Below, in pieces: positions 20,234 through 30,407 of a DNA stretch of 38,805 nt. The stretch is from Chloroflexota bacterium. GTDB lineage: Bacteria; Chloroflexota; Dehalococcoidia; Bin125. Numbering within the stretch: position 1 is the stretch's first letter; the number at the start of each line of letters is the position of its first letter. Position numbers and translations under genes: made by a program. The DNA is taken from the NCBI GenBank assembly GCA_026707335.1, contig JAPOXB010000054.1, positions 1 through 38,805 of the forward strand, given 5' to 3'. A model generated the notes under the pieces. It was not told the DNA's origin. It worked only from the letters and a program-made list of their open reading frames with translations, and searched no databases.

Positions 20234-22171
20234 CTAGACCTCCCGGAACTCGCCCTCGACGGTGCCGGCCTCCTCGCCGGCCCCGTCGGCGCCGTCGGTA
20301 CCGTCGGGTCCGGCCGACTGCCCGTCGGCGCCCGGAACGCCCTCCTCACCGGGAGGCGGCGCGCTGCTGGCGTAGATCTTCTCGCCCACCTTCATCAGGG
20401 CCGCGTTCAGCTCGTCGAGCGCCGTGCGGATGGCGTCGGCGTCGGGCGTCTCCGCCGCCAGCGCCTCGCGCACGGCGGCGATCTTCGCCTCGACCTCGCC
20501 CTTCAACTCGTCGTCGATCTTGTCCTCTTGCTCGGCCAGCATCTTCTCGGCGCGATAGGCCGACGAATCGGCGATGTTGATCAGCTCGACGCTCTCGCGG
20601 CGCGCCTTGTCCTCCTCGGCGTGCAGCTCGGCGTCGCGCCGCATCTGCTCGACTTCCTCCTCCGCCAGGCCGGAGGCCGCCTGGATGGTGATCTTCTGCT
20701 CCTTGCCCGTGCCCTTATCGACCGCGGCGACGTTGAGAATGCCGTTGGCGTCGATGTCGAAGGTGACCTCGATCTGCGGCATGCCGCGCGGCGCGGGCAG
20801 GATGCCGTCGAGCACGAACTTGCCCAGCGACTTGTTGTCGGCGGCCATCTCGCGCTCGCCCTGCAGGACGTGGATCTCGACCTGCGGCTGGTTGTCGGCG
20901 GCGGTCGAGAAGACCTGGCCCTTGCTGGTCGGGATCGTGGAGTTGCGCTCGATCAGGGATGTGCGCACGCCGCCCAGCGTCTCGATGCCCAGCGTCAGCG
21001 GCGTCACGTCGAGGAGCAGGACGTCCTTCACGTCGCCCTTGAGCACGCCGGCCTGGATGGCGGCGCCGATCGCGACCACCTCGTCGGGGTTGACCGATCG
21101 GTTCGGCTCGCGGCCGAAGAACTCCTGCACCTTGGCCTGCACGAGCGGCATCCGCGTCTGGCCGCCCACCAGCACGACCTCGTGCACCTGCGCGGCCGAG
21201 ACGCCCGCGTCGGCCAGGGCGGCCTTGCAGGGCCCCAGCGTCGACTCCACCAGGTCCTCCGTGAGCTGCTCGAGCTTGGCCCGCGAGAGGGGGATGTTGA
21301 AGTGCTTGGGGCCGCTGGCGTCGGCCGTGATGTAGGGGAGGTTGACCTCGGTGGTCTGCGTGCTGGAGAGCTCGATCTTGGCCCGCTCGGCGGCCTCCTT
21401 GAGCCGCTGCAGGGCCATCCGGTCCTCGCGCAGGTCGATGCCCTGCTCCTTGCGGAACTCGTCCACCAGGAAGTCGATCACGCGCTGGTCGAAGTCGTCG
21501 CCGCCCAGGTTCGTGTTGCCGTTGGTCGATTTGACCTGGAAGGTGCCCTCGCCGATCTCCAGGATCGAGATGTCGAAGGTGCCGCCGCCCAGGTCGTAGA
21601 CGGCGATGACCTGCTCGTCCGTCTTCTCCAGGCCGTAGGACAGCGCCGCCGCCGTCGGCTCGTTGACGATGCGCAGCACGTTGAGCCCGGCGATCTTGCC
21701 GGCGTCCTTGGTGGCGTTGCGCTGGCTGTCGTCGAAGTAGGCGGGGACGGTGATCACCGCCTCCGTCACGCTCTCGCCCAGGTAGGCCTCGGCGTCGGCC
21801 TTCAGCTTCTGCAGGATCATCGCCGCGATCTCGGGCGGGCCGTAGGCCTTGCCGCTCATCTTCACCCAGGCGTCGCCGTTGTCGGCATTCGCGATCTCGA
21901 AGGGCAGCAGCTTCGCCGCCGCGCGCACGATGGAGTCGTCGTAGCGCCGCCCCATCAGCCGCTTGACGCTGAAGATCGTGTTGTCCGGGTTGGTGATCGC
22001 CTGGCGCTTGGCGACGGTGCCCACGACGCGCTCGTCGTCCTTGCTCATCGCCACCATCGAGGGCGTCGTGCGGTTGCCCTCCTGGTTGGGGATCACGATC
22101 GGCTCGCCGCCCTCCATGACGGCGACGACCGAGTTGGTCGTGCCCAGATCGATACCGATGACGTTCGCCAT
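20234..22171 (-). CDS. dnaK: Chaperone DnaK (Hsp70)
   Basis: [48 protein letters not shown]. Confidence 0.99.
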   Translation of the reverse strand: MANVIGIDLGTTNSVVAVMEGGEPIVIPNQEGNRTTPSMVAMSKDDERVVGTVAKRQAITNPDNTIFSVKRLMGRRYDDSIVRAAAKLLPFEIANADNGDAWVKMSGKAYGPPEIAAMILQKLKADAEAYLGESVTEAVITVPAYFDDSQRNATKDAGKIAGLNVLRIVNEPTAAALSYGLEKTDEQVIAVYDLGGGTFDISILEIGEGTFQVKSTNGNTNLGGDDFDQRVIDFLVDEFRKEQGIDLREDRMALQRLKEAAERAKIELSSTQTTEVNLPYITADASGPKHFNIPLSRAKLEQLTEDLVESTLGPCKAALADAGVSAAQVHEVVLVGGQTRMPLVQAKVQEFFGREPNRSVNPDEVVAIGAAIQAGVLKGDVKDVLLLDVTPLTLGIETLGGVRTSLIERNSTIPTSKGQVFSTAADNQPQVEIHVLQGEREMAADNKSLGKFVLDGILPAPRGMPQIEVTFDIDANGILNVAAVDKGTGKEQKITIQAASGLAEEEVEQMRRDAELHAEEDKARRESVELINIADSSAYRAEKMLAEQEDKIDDELKGEVEAKIAAVREALAAETPDADAIRTALDELNAALMKVGEKIYASSAPPPGEEGVPGADGQSAGPDGTDGADGAGEEAGTVEGEFREV

Positions 22172-22216
22172 GAGTCTGCCTTCCTTGCCGGCCGGGCCGT
22201 CTCGCCCGCCGGAGAT

Positions 22217-22816
22217 TTACTCGCCGTCGCTGTTCTCGTTCTCGTCCGCGTCGCCGTGCCCCACGACCACCAGCGCCGGCCGCAGCACGCGCGTGCCCAG
22301 CAGGTATCCCTTGCGCACCTGCTCCAAGACTTCGTTGTCGGGGCCGGGGGCGCGGCCCACCGCCTCGTGGTACTGCGGGTCGAAGGGCTGGCCGGCCGCC
22401 GCGATCGGCTGCACCCCCAGGCGCTCCAGCACCTGCACGAGGTCCTTGCGGATCAGGGCGATGCCCTCCGCCCAGGCGCCGGGATCCTCTTCGCGGTTCG
22501 CCTCGAACGCGCGATCGAAGTTGTCCACCACCGGCAGCAGCGACAGCAGCAGCCCGGCGGTGGCCTGCGCCGCCCGCTCATCGACCTCGCCGGCGCTGCG
22601 CCGCTTGAGGTTCTCGTAGTCGGCGCGCGCCCGCTTCCAGGCGGCCAGATGCTGCTCCGACTCCGCCCGCAGGCGCTCGACATCCAGCAGCGCCGCCTCC
22701 AACGTGGCGGCCGGCTGGGCGTCGGCGTCCTCGGGCGGCGCGCCGGGGTCCGCGCCGTCCGATCGCGCGTCGGGCGGCTGGGGCCCGGCGGGCCCCTCTG
22801 CATCCGTGGTCGTCAT
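22217..22816 (-). CDS. grpE: Nucleotide exchange factor GrpE
   Basis: RARADYENLKRR, LLPVVDNFDRA, FDPQYHEAV, KGYLLGTRVLRPALVVV; ATGA overlap with hrcA. Confidence 0.96.
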   Translation of the reverse strand: MTTTDAEGPAGPQPPDARSDGADPGAPPEDADAQPAATLEAALLDVERLRAESEQHLAAWKRARADYENLKRRSAGEVDERAAQATAGLLLSLLPVVDNFDRAFEANREEDPGAWAEGIALIRKDLVQVLERLGVQPIAAAGQPFDPQYHEAVGRAPGPDNEVLEQVRKGYLLGTRVLRPALVVVGHGDADENENSDGE

Positions 22817-23835
22817 CCGTAAACCCGGTCCATCATCTCTTCGAGCAGCCCGCTCAGGTAGCGCACCGTCGCGACGCCGCGGCCGTAGCGCATCCGCGTG
22901 GGCCCGACGAGCGCGACGTAGCCCGACATGTCGGCCTGGTCGCCGTACGGCGCGACGACCACCGAGCACTGGTGGAGTTCGTCGGCCGGGTTCTCGTCGC
23001 CGATCATCACGCTGACCCCGGCGCCGCCCAGCGACTCCGGGGGCACGACGCGGTCCGTCGCGCGCTGGTCCACCAGCGACACGATGTCGAGCATGCCGCG
23101 GTGGTCGCGCTGGAATTCGGGCTGGCCCAGCATGCCGGCCACGCCCTCCACCCGGACGGCCGCCTCCCGCGCCGACTCCTCGTTGAGGATGCCGGTCAGG
23201 GTCTCGATCATGCGCTGCTCGGTCACGTCGTCCGCCGACGGGTCGCGGCGCAGCTCCGTCACCGTGCGGCCCGACACCCGCTCGTTGAGGCGCGCCGCCA
23301 GCACGCTCAATTCGGCCTGCTCGAACGGGCTGTCGAGGGGCACGAGCTGCTTCAGCACGCGCGCCTCCCGCAGCACGACGACCAGCAGCGCGAGGATCTC
23401 GTTGAGGCCGATCAGTTCCAGGTGCTTGACCTGCAGCTCGCGCGAGCGCGGCGGCGAGACCAGGGCCAGCAGCCCCAGCGATCGCGCCAGCAGCCCGGCG
23501 GCCAGATCCGCCCACTCGTCGAGCTCGGGCGCGGCCTGGAAGAACTGATGGCGGATGGTCGCCTTCTCGTCGCCGGGCAGGTCGGCCTGCCCCATCAACG
23601 ACTCCACGTACATCCGGTAGCCCCGGTCCGAGGGCACCCGCCCGGCGGAGGTGTGCGGCTGCTCGAGCAGCCCCTCCTCCTCGAGCGCCTGCATCTCGTG
23701 GCGGATCGTGGCGGGGGAGGCGGGCACGCCGTACTTGTCGTGGATGGTGCGCGAGCCCACGGGCGCGGCCGTCTCCACGTACTCGCGCACGATGATTCGC
23801 AGGATGCCGGCGCGTCGATCGGTGACCGCAGCCAT
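22813..23835 (-). CDS. hrcA: Heat-inducible transcription repressor HrcA
   Basis: ILRIIVREYVETAAPVGS, SPATIRHEM..LEEEGLLEQPHTSAGRVPSDRGYR, GPTRMRY. Confidence 0.97.
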   Translation of the reverse strand: MAAVTDRRAGILRIIVREYVETAAPVGSRTIHDKYGVPASPATIRHEMQALEEEGLLEQPHTSAGRVPSDRGYRMYVESLMGQADLPGDEKATIRHQFFQAAPELDEWADLAAGLLARSLGLLALVSPPRSRELQVKHLELIGLNEILALLVVVLREARVLKQLVPLDSPFEQAELSVLAARLNERVSGRTVTELRRDPSADDVTEQRMIETLTGILNEESAREAAVRVEGVAGMLGQPEFQRDHRGMLDIVSLVDQRATDRVVPPESLGGAGVSVMIGDENPADELHQCSVVVAPYGDQADMSGYVALVGPTRMRYGRGVATVRYLSGLLEEMMDRVYG

Positions 23836-23851
23836 CGGGCCTCTCCATCCG

Positions 23852-23878
23852 TTAGCACTCTCGACATGAGAGTGCTAA
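23852..23878. promoter_or_regulatory. CIRCE element (HrcA operator)
   Basis: Perfect TTAGCACTC-N9-GAGTGCTAA between the promoter and the hrcA start. Confidence 0.98.
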
Positions 23879-23890
23879 CTTCGCAATAGA

Positions 23891-23920
23891 AGGCTAGCAG
23901 CGCCCCGCCCAGGAGGTCAA
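23891..23920 (-). promoter_or_regulatory. Sigma70-type promoter of the hrcA-dnaK operon
   Basis: Minus strand TTGACC-18 nt-TAGCCT with TG extension, just upstream of CIRCE. Confidence 0.7.
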
Positions 23921-24015
23921 TCGAACGTGTCAGAACGTGGAGATCCGGCCGCCGCGGCCCCCTCTGACGACTGCGCCGCTTGGCCGTCGCGCGCCGGGAC
24001 GGCACACTGCTAGAC

Positions 24016-25221
24016 ATGCCGGACGAACCCCGCCGCGTCGTGATCACGGGCGTCGGCGCGATCAGCGCCGCCGGCCACGACCCGCCCGCCGTCTGGGAGG
24101 CGCTGCTGACGGGCAAGCCGGCGCTCACGCCGCTCCCCGGCGACGCCTTGGATCGCCCCGCCGTCGCGGCACGGATCGCACACTACGACGGCCCGGCCGG
24201 CGTCCCGGCCGACTTCACCGCCCGGCTCAGCCGCGCCTCGCAGTTCGCCCTCGACGCCTCCATCCAGGCCGTCGCCGACGCCCGCATCGGCTTCAACGCC
24301 GAGAACGCCTACGCGGTCGCCTCGCTCATCGGCTCCGCGCACGGGCCCGACCCCGCCGGTCCGCCCGCGCCCCTGTTCAGCGCCGGGCTGGCGGGCGCGA
24401 GCACGGGCCTGAACATCGCCGGGCCCAGCTACGCGATCGACGCCGGCGCGGCCTCCGGCTTGGTCGCGATCCATCAGGCGGCGGAGATGGTGCGCAGCGG
24501 CAGCGTGCGGGCGGCCCTGGCGGGCGGCGCCGACGCCCCCCTGCGGCCGGAGGTGCTGGCCGCCTACGAGGCCCGCGGCCTGCTCTCGTCGCAGGCGACC
24601 GCCACCGCCCAGCGCCCCTTCGACCTCCTGCGCGACGGCATGGTCCTGGGCGAAGGCGCGGCCGTGCTGCTGCTGGAGGACCGGGAGTTGGCCGTGATGC
24701 GCGGCGCCCACATCTACGGCGAGCTGATCGGCGGCGCCGTGACGGCCGGGCCGGCCGCCGACGGGGCGCCCCCCACCGACGTCGACATCGCCCGCCAGGC
24801 CGTCGGCCGCGCCCTGCGCGAGTCCGGCCACAGCCCGGGCGAGATCGACATGGTGTTCACGGCCGGCGCGGCCACCAAGGCCGGCGACGCCCGGGAAACC
24901 GACATCCTGGAGCGCTCCTTCGGGTCGCGCATCCTCGATATGTACGTGACCGCCACGACGCCGGTACTGGGCTACACCGTGGGGGCGAGCGGCGCCCTGG
25001 CGGCCGTCGCGGCGCTCTTCGCGCTGGCCGAGCAGATGGTGCCGCCGCATCCCGTCTACGCTGAGGCGGACCCGGACTGCGCCCTCGACATCACCGTCCG
25101 CGCGCAGCGGGACCACCTGCACGCGGCCCTCGTGAGCGCCTACGGATCGGCCGGGCAGAACGCTGCGCTGCTGATCGGCGCGCACCGGGCCGAGCCCGGC
25201 GACGAACTGCCGATGGCCTAG
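24016..25221 (+). CDS. Beta-ketoacyl-ACP synthase (FabF/KAS II)-like protein lacking the catalytic triad
   Basis: RRVVITGVGAIS, GPSYAIDAGAASG, LAGGAD, RPFD..RDGMVLGEGAAVLLLE, IYGEL, SAYGSAGQNA; Cys/His/His positions replaced. Confidence 0.85.
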   Translation: MPDEPRRVVITGVGAISAAGHDPPAVWEALLTGKPALTPLPGDALDRPAVAARIAHYDGPAGVPADFTARLSRASQFALDASIQAVADARIGFNAENAYAVASLIGSAHGPDPAGPPAPLFSAGLAGASTGLNIAGPSYAIDAGAASGLVAIHQAAEMVRSGSVRAALAGGADAPLRPEVLAAYEARGLLSSQATATAQRPFDLLRDGMVLGEGAAVLLLEDRELAVMRGAHIYGELIGGAVTAGPAADGAPPTDVDIARQAVGRALRESGHSPGEIDMVFTAGAATKAGDARETDILERSFGSRILDMYVTATTPVLGYTVGASGALAAVAALFALAEQMVPPHPVYAEADPDCALDITVRAQRDHLHAALVSAYGSAGQNAALLIGAHRAEPGDELPMA

Positions 25222-25245
25222 CCGGCCGGCGGAGGGACGAGCGCC

Positions 25246-25911
25246 ATGGACATCGCCTGGATCGGCCACGCGGCGTTCCGTCTGCGCGGACGCGAGGCCG
25301 CCGTCGTGCTGGACCCCTGCCCCTCGAGCACCGGCTTCCGGCTGGGCCGCCCGCAGGCCGACATCGTCACGATCTCCAACCCGGCCCCCGAACACGGCTG
25401 GGACCAGGGCGTCGGCGGCGAGCCGGTTCGCCTCGACGCGCCGGGCGAGTACGAGATCCACAACGTGCTCATCACCGGCGTCGTCACGAACGACCACGCG
25501 GCGGCCGCGGCGGACGATGATGAGGCGCCGGTGCGCAACGTCGCCTTCGTCGTCACGATCGACGACGTCATCGTCGCGCACCTGGGCGACCTGCGCGGGG
25601 AGCCCTCGCCGCGGGCGATGGAGGAGTTGAGCCGGGCCGACGTGCTGCTCGTGCCGGTGGGCGGCAACGGCCGCCTCGACGCGAAGGCCGCCGTCAAGGT
25701 GGCCGGCGCGATCGACCCCCGCCTCGTCATCCCGATGCTGCACAAGGTGGGCCCCGAGACGGCGTCGCTGGACACCGTCGACAAGTTCCTCAGCGCGATG
25801 GGCCTGAGCGCGGAGGGCGGCGGCGCCCCGCTCGACAACCACATCAACGTGACGCGGGGCGGCCTGGGCGAGCACACGGCCGTGCAGGTACTCGCCCCGC
25901 GGGGCGACTGA
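25246..25911 (+). CDS. Metallo-beta-lactamase-fold protein (UPF0173/Lactamase_B_3-like)
   Basis: IAWIGHAAFRL, LDP, PGEYEI, AHLGDL, DVLLVPVGG, PRLVIPM. Confidence 0.85.
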   Translation: MDIAWIGHAAFRLRGREAAVVLDPCPSSTGFRLGRPQADIVTISNPAPEHGWDQGVGGEPVRLDAPGEYEIHNVLITGVVTNDHAAAAADDDEAPVRNVAFVVTIDDVIVAHLGDLRGEPSPRAMEELSRADVLLVPVGGNGRLDAKAAVKVAGAIDPRLVIPMLHKVGPETASLDTVDKFLSAMGLSAEGGGAPLDNHINVTRGGLGEHTAVQVLAPRGD

Positions 25912-25947
25912 GCGAGCCGGGGAATACCGGGGAGGAGCCGCGACGCC

Positions 25948-27213
25948 CTAGGCGTCGGCGGTCGCCAGCGACTCCAGGAACTCCGAGTTGGACTTCGTCC
26001 GCGAGAGCCGGTCGAGCAGGCGCTCGGTGGGCTCGGTCGAGCTGCCGTTGCTGCTCAGCATCGACATCATCCGGCGCAGCAGCCACATCTTCTGCAGCTC
26101 GTCGCCGTTGAGCAGCAGCTCCTCGCGGCGGGTGCTGCTGGCGGCGATGTCGATCGCCGGGTAGATGCGCCGCTCGGCGAGGCGGCGGTCGAGCCGCACC
26201 TCCCAGTTGCCGGTGCCCTTGAACTCCTCGAAGACCACGTCGTCGAGGCGGCTGCCCGTATCGACCAGGCAGGTGGCGATGATCGTCAGGCTGCCGTTGT
26301 CCTCGGCCTTGCGGGCGGCGCCGAAGAAGCGCTTGGGCGGGTACAGCGCCACCGGGTCGATGCCGCCCGAGAGCGTGCGCCCGCTGGTCGGCATCTCCAG
26401 GTTGTAGGCCCGCGTCAGCCGCGTGATCGAATCGACCAGGATGACCACGTCGCGGCCGCACTCCATCAGCCGCTTGGCGCGCTCCAGCGCCATCTCCGCG
26501 ACCCGCGTGTGGTCCTCGACCGGGTCGTCGAAGGTGGAGGCGAAGACCTCGCCGCGCACCTGACGGCGCATCTCGGTGACCTCCTCGGGCCGCTCGCCGA
26601 TCAGCACGACCATCAGGTGCACGTCGTTGTAGTTCGAGGCGATGCCGTTGGCCAGCGCCTGCAGCAGCATCGTCTTGCCGGCCTTGGGCGGCGACACGAT
26701 GAGCCCCCGCTGGCCGCGGCCCATGGGCGCGATCAGGTCCACCAGCCGCCCCGAGAGCTCCGTGGGGTCGTCGGTCTCCAGCATGAAGCGCTCGTTGGGG
26801 AAGACGGCGGTGAGATTCTCGAAGTGGGGGCGCTTGAACGCCTCCTCGGGGCTCATGCCGTTGAGGGCGTCGACGCGCAGCAGCCCGTAGTACTTCTCGC
26901 CGTCCTTGGGCGCGCGCACCTGGCCGGTGACGTAGTCGCCCGTGCGCAGCCCGAAGCGGCGCACCTGCGACTGCGAGACGTAGACGTCGGTGTTCGTGGG
27001 CAGCAGCGACTCGCCGCGCAGGAAGCCGTAGCCGTCGTCGACGATGTCGATCACGCCGCCGGCGAGGATGTGGCCTTGTTTCTCGCTGTGCGCCTGCAGC
27101 AGCTTGAAGACGAGGTCCTGCTTGCGGAGCCCGCCGACGCCGGGGATCTCCAGCTGCCGGGCCCGTCCGAGGAGTTCTTCCCGTGTCAGGGATTCGAGTT
27201 CAGCGATATTCAC
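25948..27213 (-). CDS. rho: Transcription termination factor Rho
   Basis: [70 protein letters not shown]; GTG start at VNIAELE. Confidence 0.98.
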   Translation of the reverse strand: MNIAELESLTREELLGRARQLEIPGVGGLRKQDLVFKLLQAHSEKQGHILAGGVIDIVDDGYGFLRGESLLPTNTDVYVSQSQVRRFGLRTGDYVTGQVRAPKDGEKYYGLLRVDALNGMSPEEAFKRPHFENLTAVFPNERFMLETDDPTELSGRLVDLIAPMGRGQRGLIVSPPKAGKTMLLQALANGIASNYNDVHLMVVLIGERPEEVTEMRRQVRGEVFASTFDDPVEDHTRVAEMALERAKRLMECGRDVVILVDSITRLTRAYNLEMPTSGRTLSGGIDPVALYPPKRFFGAARKAEDNGSLTIIATCLVDTGSRLDDVVFEEFKGTGNWEVRLDRRLAERRIYPAIDIAASSTRREELLLNGDELQKMWLLRRMMSMLSSNGSSTEPTERLLDRLSRTKSNSEFLESLATADA

Positions 27214-27309
27214 GCTTCGTGAACCTTCACCAGCCGGCGCTGCGGCGGTGCTGCATCCGATGGGTCGGAAGGGGTGCGGCGGTCGCCTTGCGACCGATCC
27301 GCTATGTCG

Positions 27310-27339
27310 ATAATAGTCCCAAAAACGGGCGGATGGCAA
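27310..27339 (-). promoter_or_regulatory. Sigma70-type promoter of rho
   Basis: Minus strand TTGCCA-18 nt-TATTAT in a locally AT-rich patch, about 95 nt upstream of the start. Confidence 0.6.
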
Positions 27340-27369
27340 GTGCCATGCCGAGGGCCCGGAACGAACCGC

Positions 27370-28059
27370 TCAGCGGCCGGCGGCCGACTCGGCGCGCTCG
27401 CGCCGCTGCGCCTGCGCGCGATCCCAGTCGGCGAGGAAGGAGGCGATGCCCTTGTCGGTCAGCGGATGCTGGAGCATGGCCTGCAGCACCTTGAAGGGCA
27501 GCGTCGCGATGTGCGCCCCCACGGCCGCGCAGGCGCTCACGTGGCCCACGTGCCGCACGCTGGCCGCGATGACCTGGGCCGGGCTGTGGTAGCGGTCCAG
27601 CATCTCGACGATCTCCGCCACTAGAGAGACGCCGTCCTGGCCGATGTCGTCGAGCCGGCCGATGAAGGGGCTCACGTAGGCGGCGCCGGCGCTGGCCGCC
27701 AGCAGCGCCTGGTTGGTGGAGAAGATCAGCGTCGTGTTGACGCGGATGCCCTCGCCGCTGACGCGGCTGATCGCCTCGAGGCCGGCCCCGTCGATCGGGA
27801 TCTTGACGACCACGTTGGGATGCCAGCTCGCGATCTCGCGCGCCTCCGCGACGAGTTCGTCGGCGCCGCGGCTCACGCACTCGGCCGAGATCGGCCCGTC
27901 GACGATGGCCGCGATCTCCTGCACCCGCTCCTTGTAGGAGCCGGCCCGGTCGCTCACCTTGGCGAACAGCGAGGGGTTGGTGGTCACCCCGTCGCAGACG
28001 CCCCAGCGGACGGCCTGCCGGATCTCCTCGCTATCGGCGGTGTCCAGAAAGATCCGCAT
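27370..28059 (-). CDS. tal: Transaldolase / fructose-6-phosphate aldolase family protein
   Basis: MRIFLDTA, GVTTNPSL, VVKIP (Schiff-base Lys), NTTLIFS, YVSPFIGRLDD, AASVR, HPLTDKGI. Confidence 0.93.
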   Translation of the reverse strand: MRIFLDTADSEEIRQAVRWGVCDGVTTNPSLFAKVSDRAGSYKERVQEIAAIVDGPISAECVSRGADELVAEAREIASWHPNVVVKIPIDGAGLEAISRVSGEGIRVNTTLIFSTNQALLAASAGAAYVSPFIGRLDDIGQDGVSLVAEIVEMLDRYHSPAQVIAASVRHVGHVSACAAVGAHIATLPFKVLQAMLQHPLTDKGIASFLADWDRAQAQRRERAESAAGR

Positions 28060-28138
28060 GGGGGGTTCCCTTCCCAACGGCGGCCTGCCGCCGCCTGCGC
28101 CGGCCATGGGTCCAAGGCTGCCGGGGCCGACGAATCGC

Positions 28139-28618
28139 TCAGAACGGCTTGCTGATCGAGAGGGCGGTCATCAGCACCACCAGCGCCAGCATCAGTGTAC
28201 CGAAGACCAGCGGCCCCTTGTCGGCCAGCGTTTCACGTAACTCGTCGCTCACCTCGCCGCTGTGCTGGGCTTGCAGGGCCAGCAGCCGCGCCCGGCGCAA
28301 CCCGGCCGCCATGCCCGGCAGGCAGATGAACAGGGCGCCCAGGTAGATCAACTCCACGGCCAGCAGCCAGCCCGTCTCGATGGGGTCGACGTGGTCGGCG
28401 ACGATCGCCCAGACGACGCCGGTCACGCCGGTCAGGATCATGCCCGGGAGCAGCACGCCGGCCTGGTTGCGGCCGGCCTCCTGGAAAGCGTAGACCTGCC
28501 GCTGCACGTCGTCGCTGTTCCAGGCGCGGTAGAGGGGCAGCATCGTCGCGCCCAGCCCGGCCAGATAGACGAACAGCGACAGCATGTGCAGCAGGCGGAA
28601 TATCTGGTCGTCGCTCAT
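28139..28618 (-). CDS. Four-TM membrane protein (DUF2269-like)
   Basis: LLHMLS in helix 1, LTG, WL, C-terminal ISKPF motif. Confidence 0.7.
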   Translation of the reverse strand: MSDDQIFRLLHMLSLFVYLAGLGATMLPLYRAWNSDDVQRQVYAFQEAGRNQAGVLLPGMILTGVTGVVWAIVADHVDPIETGWLLAVELIYLGALFICLPGMAAGLRRARLLALQAQHSGEVSDELRETLADKGPLVFGTLMLALVVLMTALSISKPF

Positions 28619-28671
28619 GGCCTGCTCACGCTCGGGAGGGCTCGCTCAGGCGGCGGGCCGCGGGGCGGCGA

Positions 28672-30324
28672 TCAGGAGCGGCTCGCCGACGCCGGCACGC
28701 CCGCCGCGAGCGGCCGGCCCGCGCCTTCCCGGCCCGCCAGCGCGGCGTCCATGAACGCGGCGAAGAGCGGGTGCGGCCGGCCGGGCCGGGAGCGCAACTC
28801 GGGATGGAACTGCGAGCCCATCATGAAGGGGTGGTCGCGCAACTCGGCGATCTCGACCAGGCGGCCGTCGGGCGAGACGCCGCTGGCGCGCAGCCCGGCC
28901 CCATCGAGCGCCTCCCGGTAACGGTTGTTGAACTCCCAGCGGTGCCGGTGCCGCTCATCGACGGCGGCCGCGCCGTAGGCGGCCCGCGCCCGCGTCCCCT
29001 CGACCAGGTGGCAGCGATAGTGCCCGAGCCGCATCGTGCCGCCCAAGTCCGTTACGTCCTCCTGCTCGGAGAGCAGCGAGATGACCGGCGCGGGCGTCTG
29101 CTCGTTGAACTCGGTCGAGGTCGCCTCGGGCTCGCCCAGCACGTTGCGGGCGAACTCGATCACCATCTGCTGCATGCCGCGGCACAGGCCGAGGTAGGGC
29201 AGGCCCGTCTCGCGGGCGAAGCGCGCGGCGGCGATCTCGCCCTCCGCGCCGCGATCGCCGAAGCCGCCCGGCACGATGATGCCGGCCACGCCGTCCAGCT
29301 CGGCCGCCACGTCGCGCGTCTCCAACTCCTTCGACTGCACCCAGCGCACGTCCACGTCCACACCGCGCTCGACGCCGGCATGGATCAGCGCCTCGCGCAC
29401 GGAGAGGTAGGAGTCGTGCAGCTCCACGTACTTGCCCACGATGGCGATCGTGCAGTGGCCCGACGGGTTGCGCAGGCGCTGCACCCAGCCGCGCCACTCG
29501 GCGAGGTCACGCTCCGCGGCGGGCAGCGCCAGCTTCTCGACGACGAGGTCGGAGACGCCGGCGTCGTCGAGCACCTGCGGCACCTGGTAGATGCTGGGCA
29601 TCGTCTCCAGCGGGATCACGGCGCGCTGCTCGACGTCGCAGAAAAGCGCGATCTTGGCCTTGATGCCCTCGTCGACGGGCATCTCTGCGCGGGCGATGAT
29701 CAGGTCCGGCTGCAGGCCCAGCGAGCGCAGGGTGCGCACGGAGTGCTGCGTGGGCTTGGTCTTCAACTCCCGCGAGGCGCGCAGGTAGGGCAGCATCGTG
29801 ACGTGAATCGAGAGCGTGTCCTCGCGCGCCTCCTCGGAGCGGATCTGACGCATCGCCTCCAGGAAGGGCTGGCCCTCGATGTCGCCGATGGTCCCGCCCA
29901 CTTCGATGATCAGCGCGTCGGCCCCGGCCGCCTTCGCCAGCCCGCGCACGCGCGACTTGATCTCGTCGGTGATGTGGGGAACGGTCTGGATCGTCCCGCC
30001 CAGGTGGACGCCGCGGCGCTCCTGCTCGATCACGGCCTGGTTGATCTGCCCCATCGTGACCGAGGAGGCGCCGGTCAGGTCCTCGTCGAGGAAGCGCTCG
30101 TAGTGGCCCAGGTCGAGGTCGGTCTCCGCGCCGTCGTAGGTCACGAAGACCTCACCGTGCTGGTAGGGCGACATCGTGCCGGGGTCGACGTTGAGGTAGG
30201 GGTCGAGCTTCTGGACGGTGACCGACAGGCCGCGGCTCTTGAGCAGTTTCGCGAGGGAGGCGGTGCTGATGCCCTTGCCGACCGAGCTGACCACCCCGCC
30301 CGTGACAAAGATGTACTTCGGCAT
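28672..30324 (-). CDS. pyrG: CTP synthase
   Basis: KYIFVTGGVVSSVGKG, KLDPYLNVDPGTMSPYQHGEVFV, KTKPTQHSV, VPGGFG, LGLC, ERHRHR, QFHPE. Confidence 0.98.
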   Translation of the reverse strand: MPKYIFVTGGVVSSVGKGISTASLAKLLKSRGLSVTVQKLDPYLNVDPGTMSPYQHGEVFVTYDGAETDLDLGHYERFLDEDLTGASSVTMGQINQAVIEQERRGVHLGGTIQTVPHITDEIKSRVRGLAKAAGADALIIEVGGTIGDIEGQPFLEAMRQIRSEEAREDTLSIHVTMLPYLRASRELKTKPTQHSVRTLRSLGLQPDLIIARAEMPVDEGIKAKIALFCDVEQRAVIPLETMPSIYQVPQVLDDAGVSDLVVEKLALPAAERDLAEWRGWVQRLRNPSGHCTIAIVGKYVELHDSYLSVREALIHAGVERGVDVDVRWVQSKELETRDVAAELDGVAGIIVPGGFGDRGAEGEIAAARFARETGLPYLGLCRGMQQMVIEFARNVLGEPEATSTEFNEQTPAPVISLLSEQEDVTDLGGTMRLGHYRCHLVEGTRARAAYGAAAVDERHRHRWEFNNRYREALDGAGLRASGVSPDGRLVEIAELRDHPFMMGSQFHPELRSRPGRPHPLFAAFMDAALAGREGAGRPLAAGVPASASRS

Positions 30325-30378
30325 CAACTCGCTTGTACGCGCCCCGCGACGGCGATTCGACCGTCTGTTCTAGTGGGA

Positions 30379-30407
30379 ATCCTATGGGCCGCCCGAGGGC
30401 GTGTCAA
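30379..30407 (-). promoter_or_regulatory. Sigma70-type promoter of pyrG
   Basis: Minus strand TTGACA-17 nt-TAGGAT, embedded in the 3' end of the ThiS/MoaD-like ORF. Confidence 0.75.

Noticed and set aside
22817-23848. 543-aa ORF suggesting an extended or fused GrpE
   Set aside because: The upstream part is an off-frame shadow of hrcA; GrpE starts at ATG 22816, coupled to the hrcA stop
30325-30378. Bacillus-type pyrG reiterative-transcription attenuator
   Set aside because: The predicted transcript does not start with GGGC, and the leader has no terminator hairpin with a U-tract
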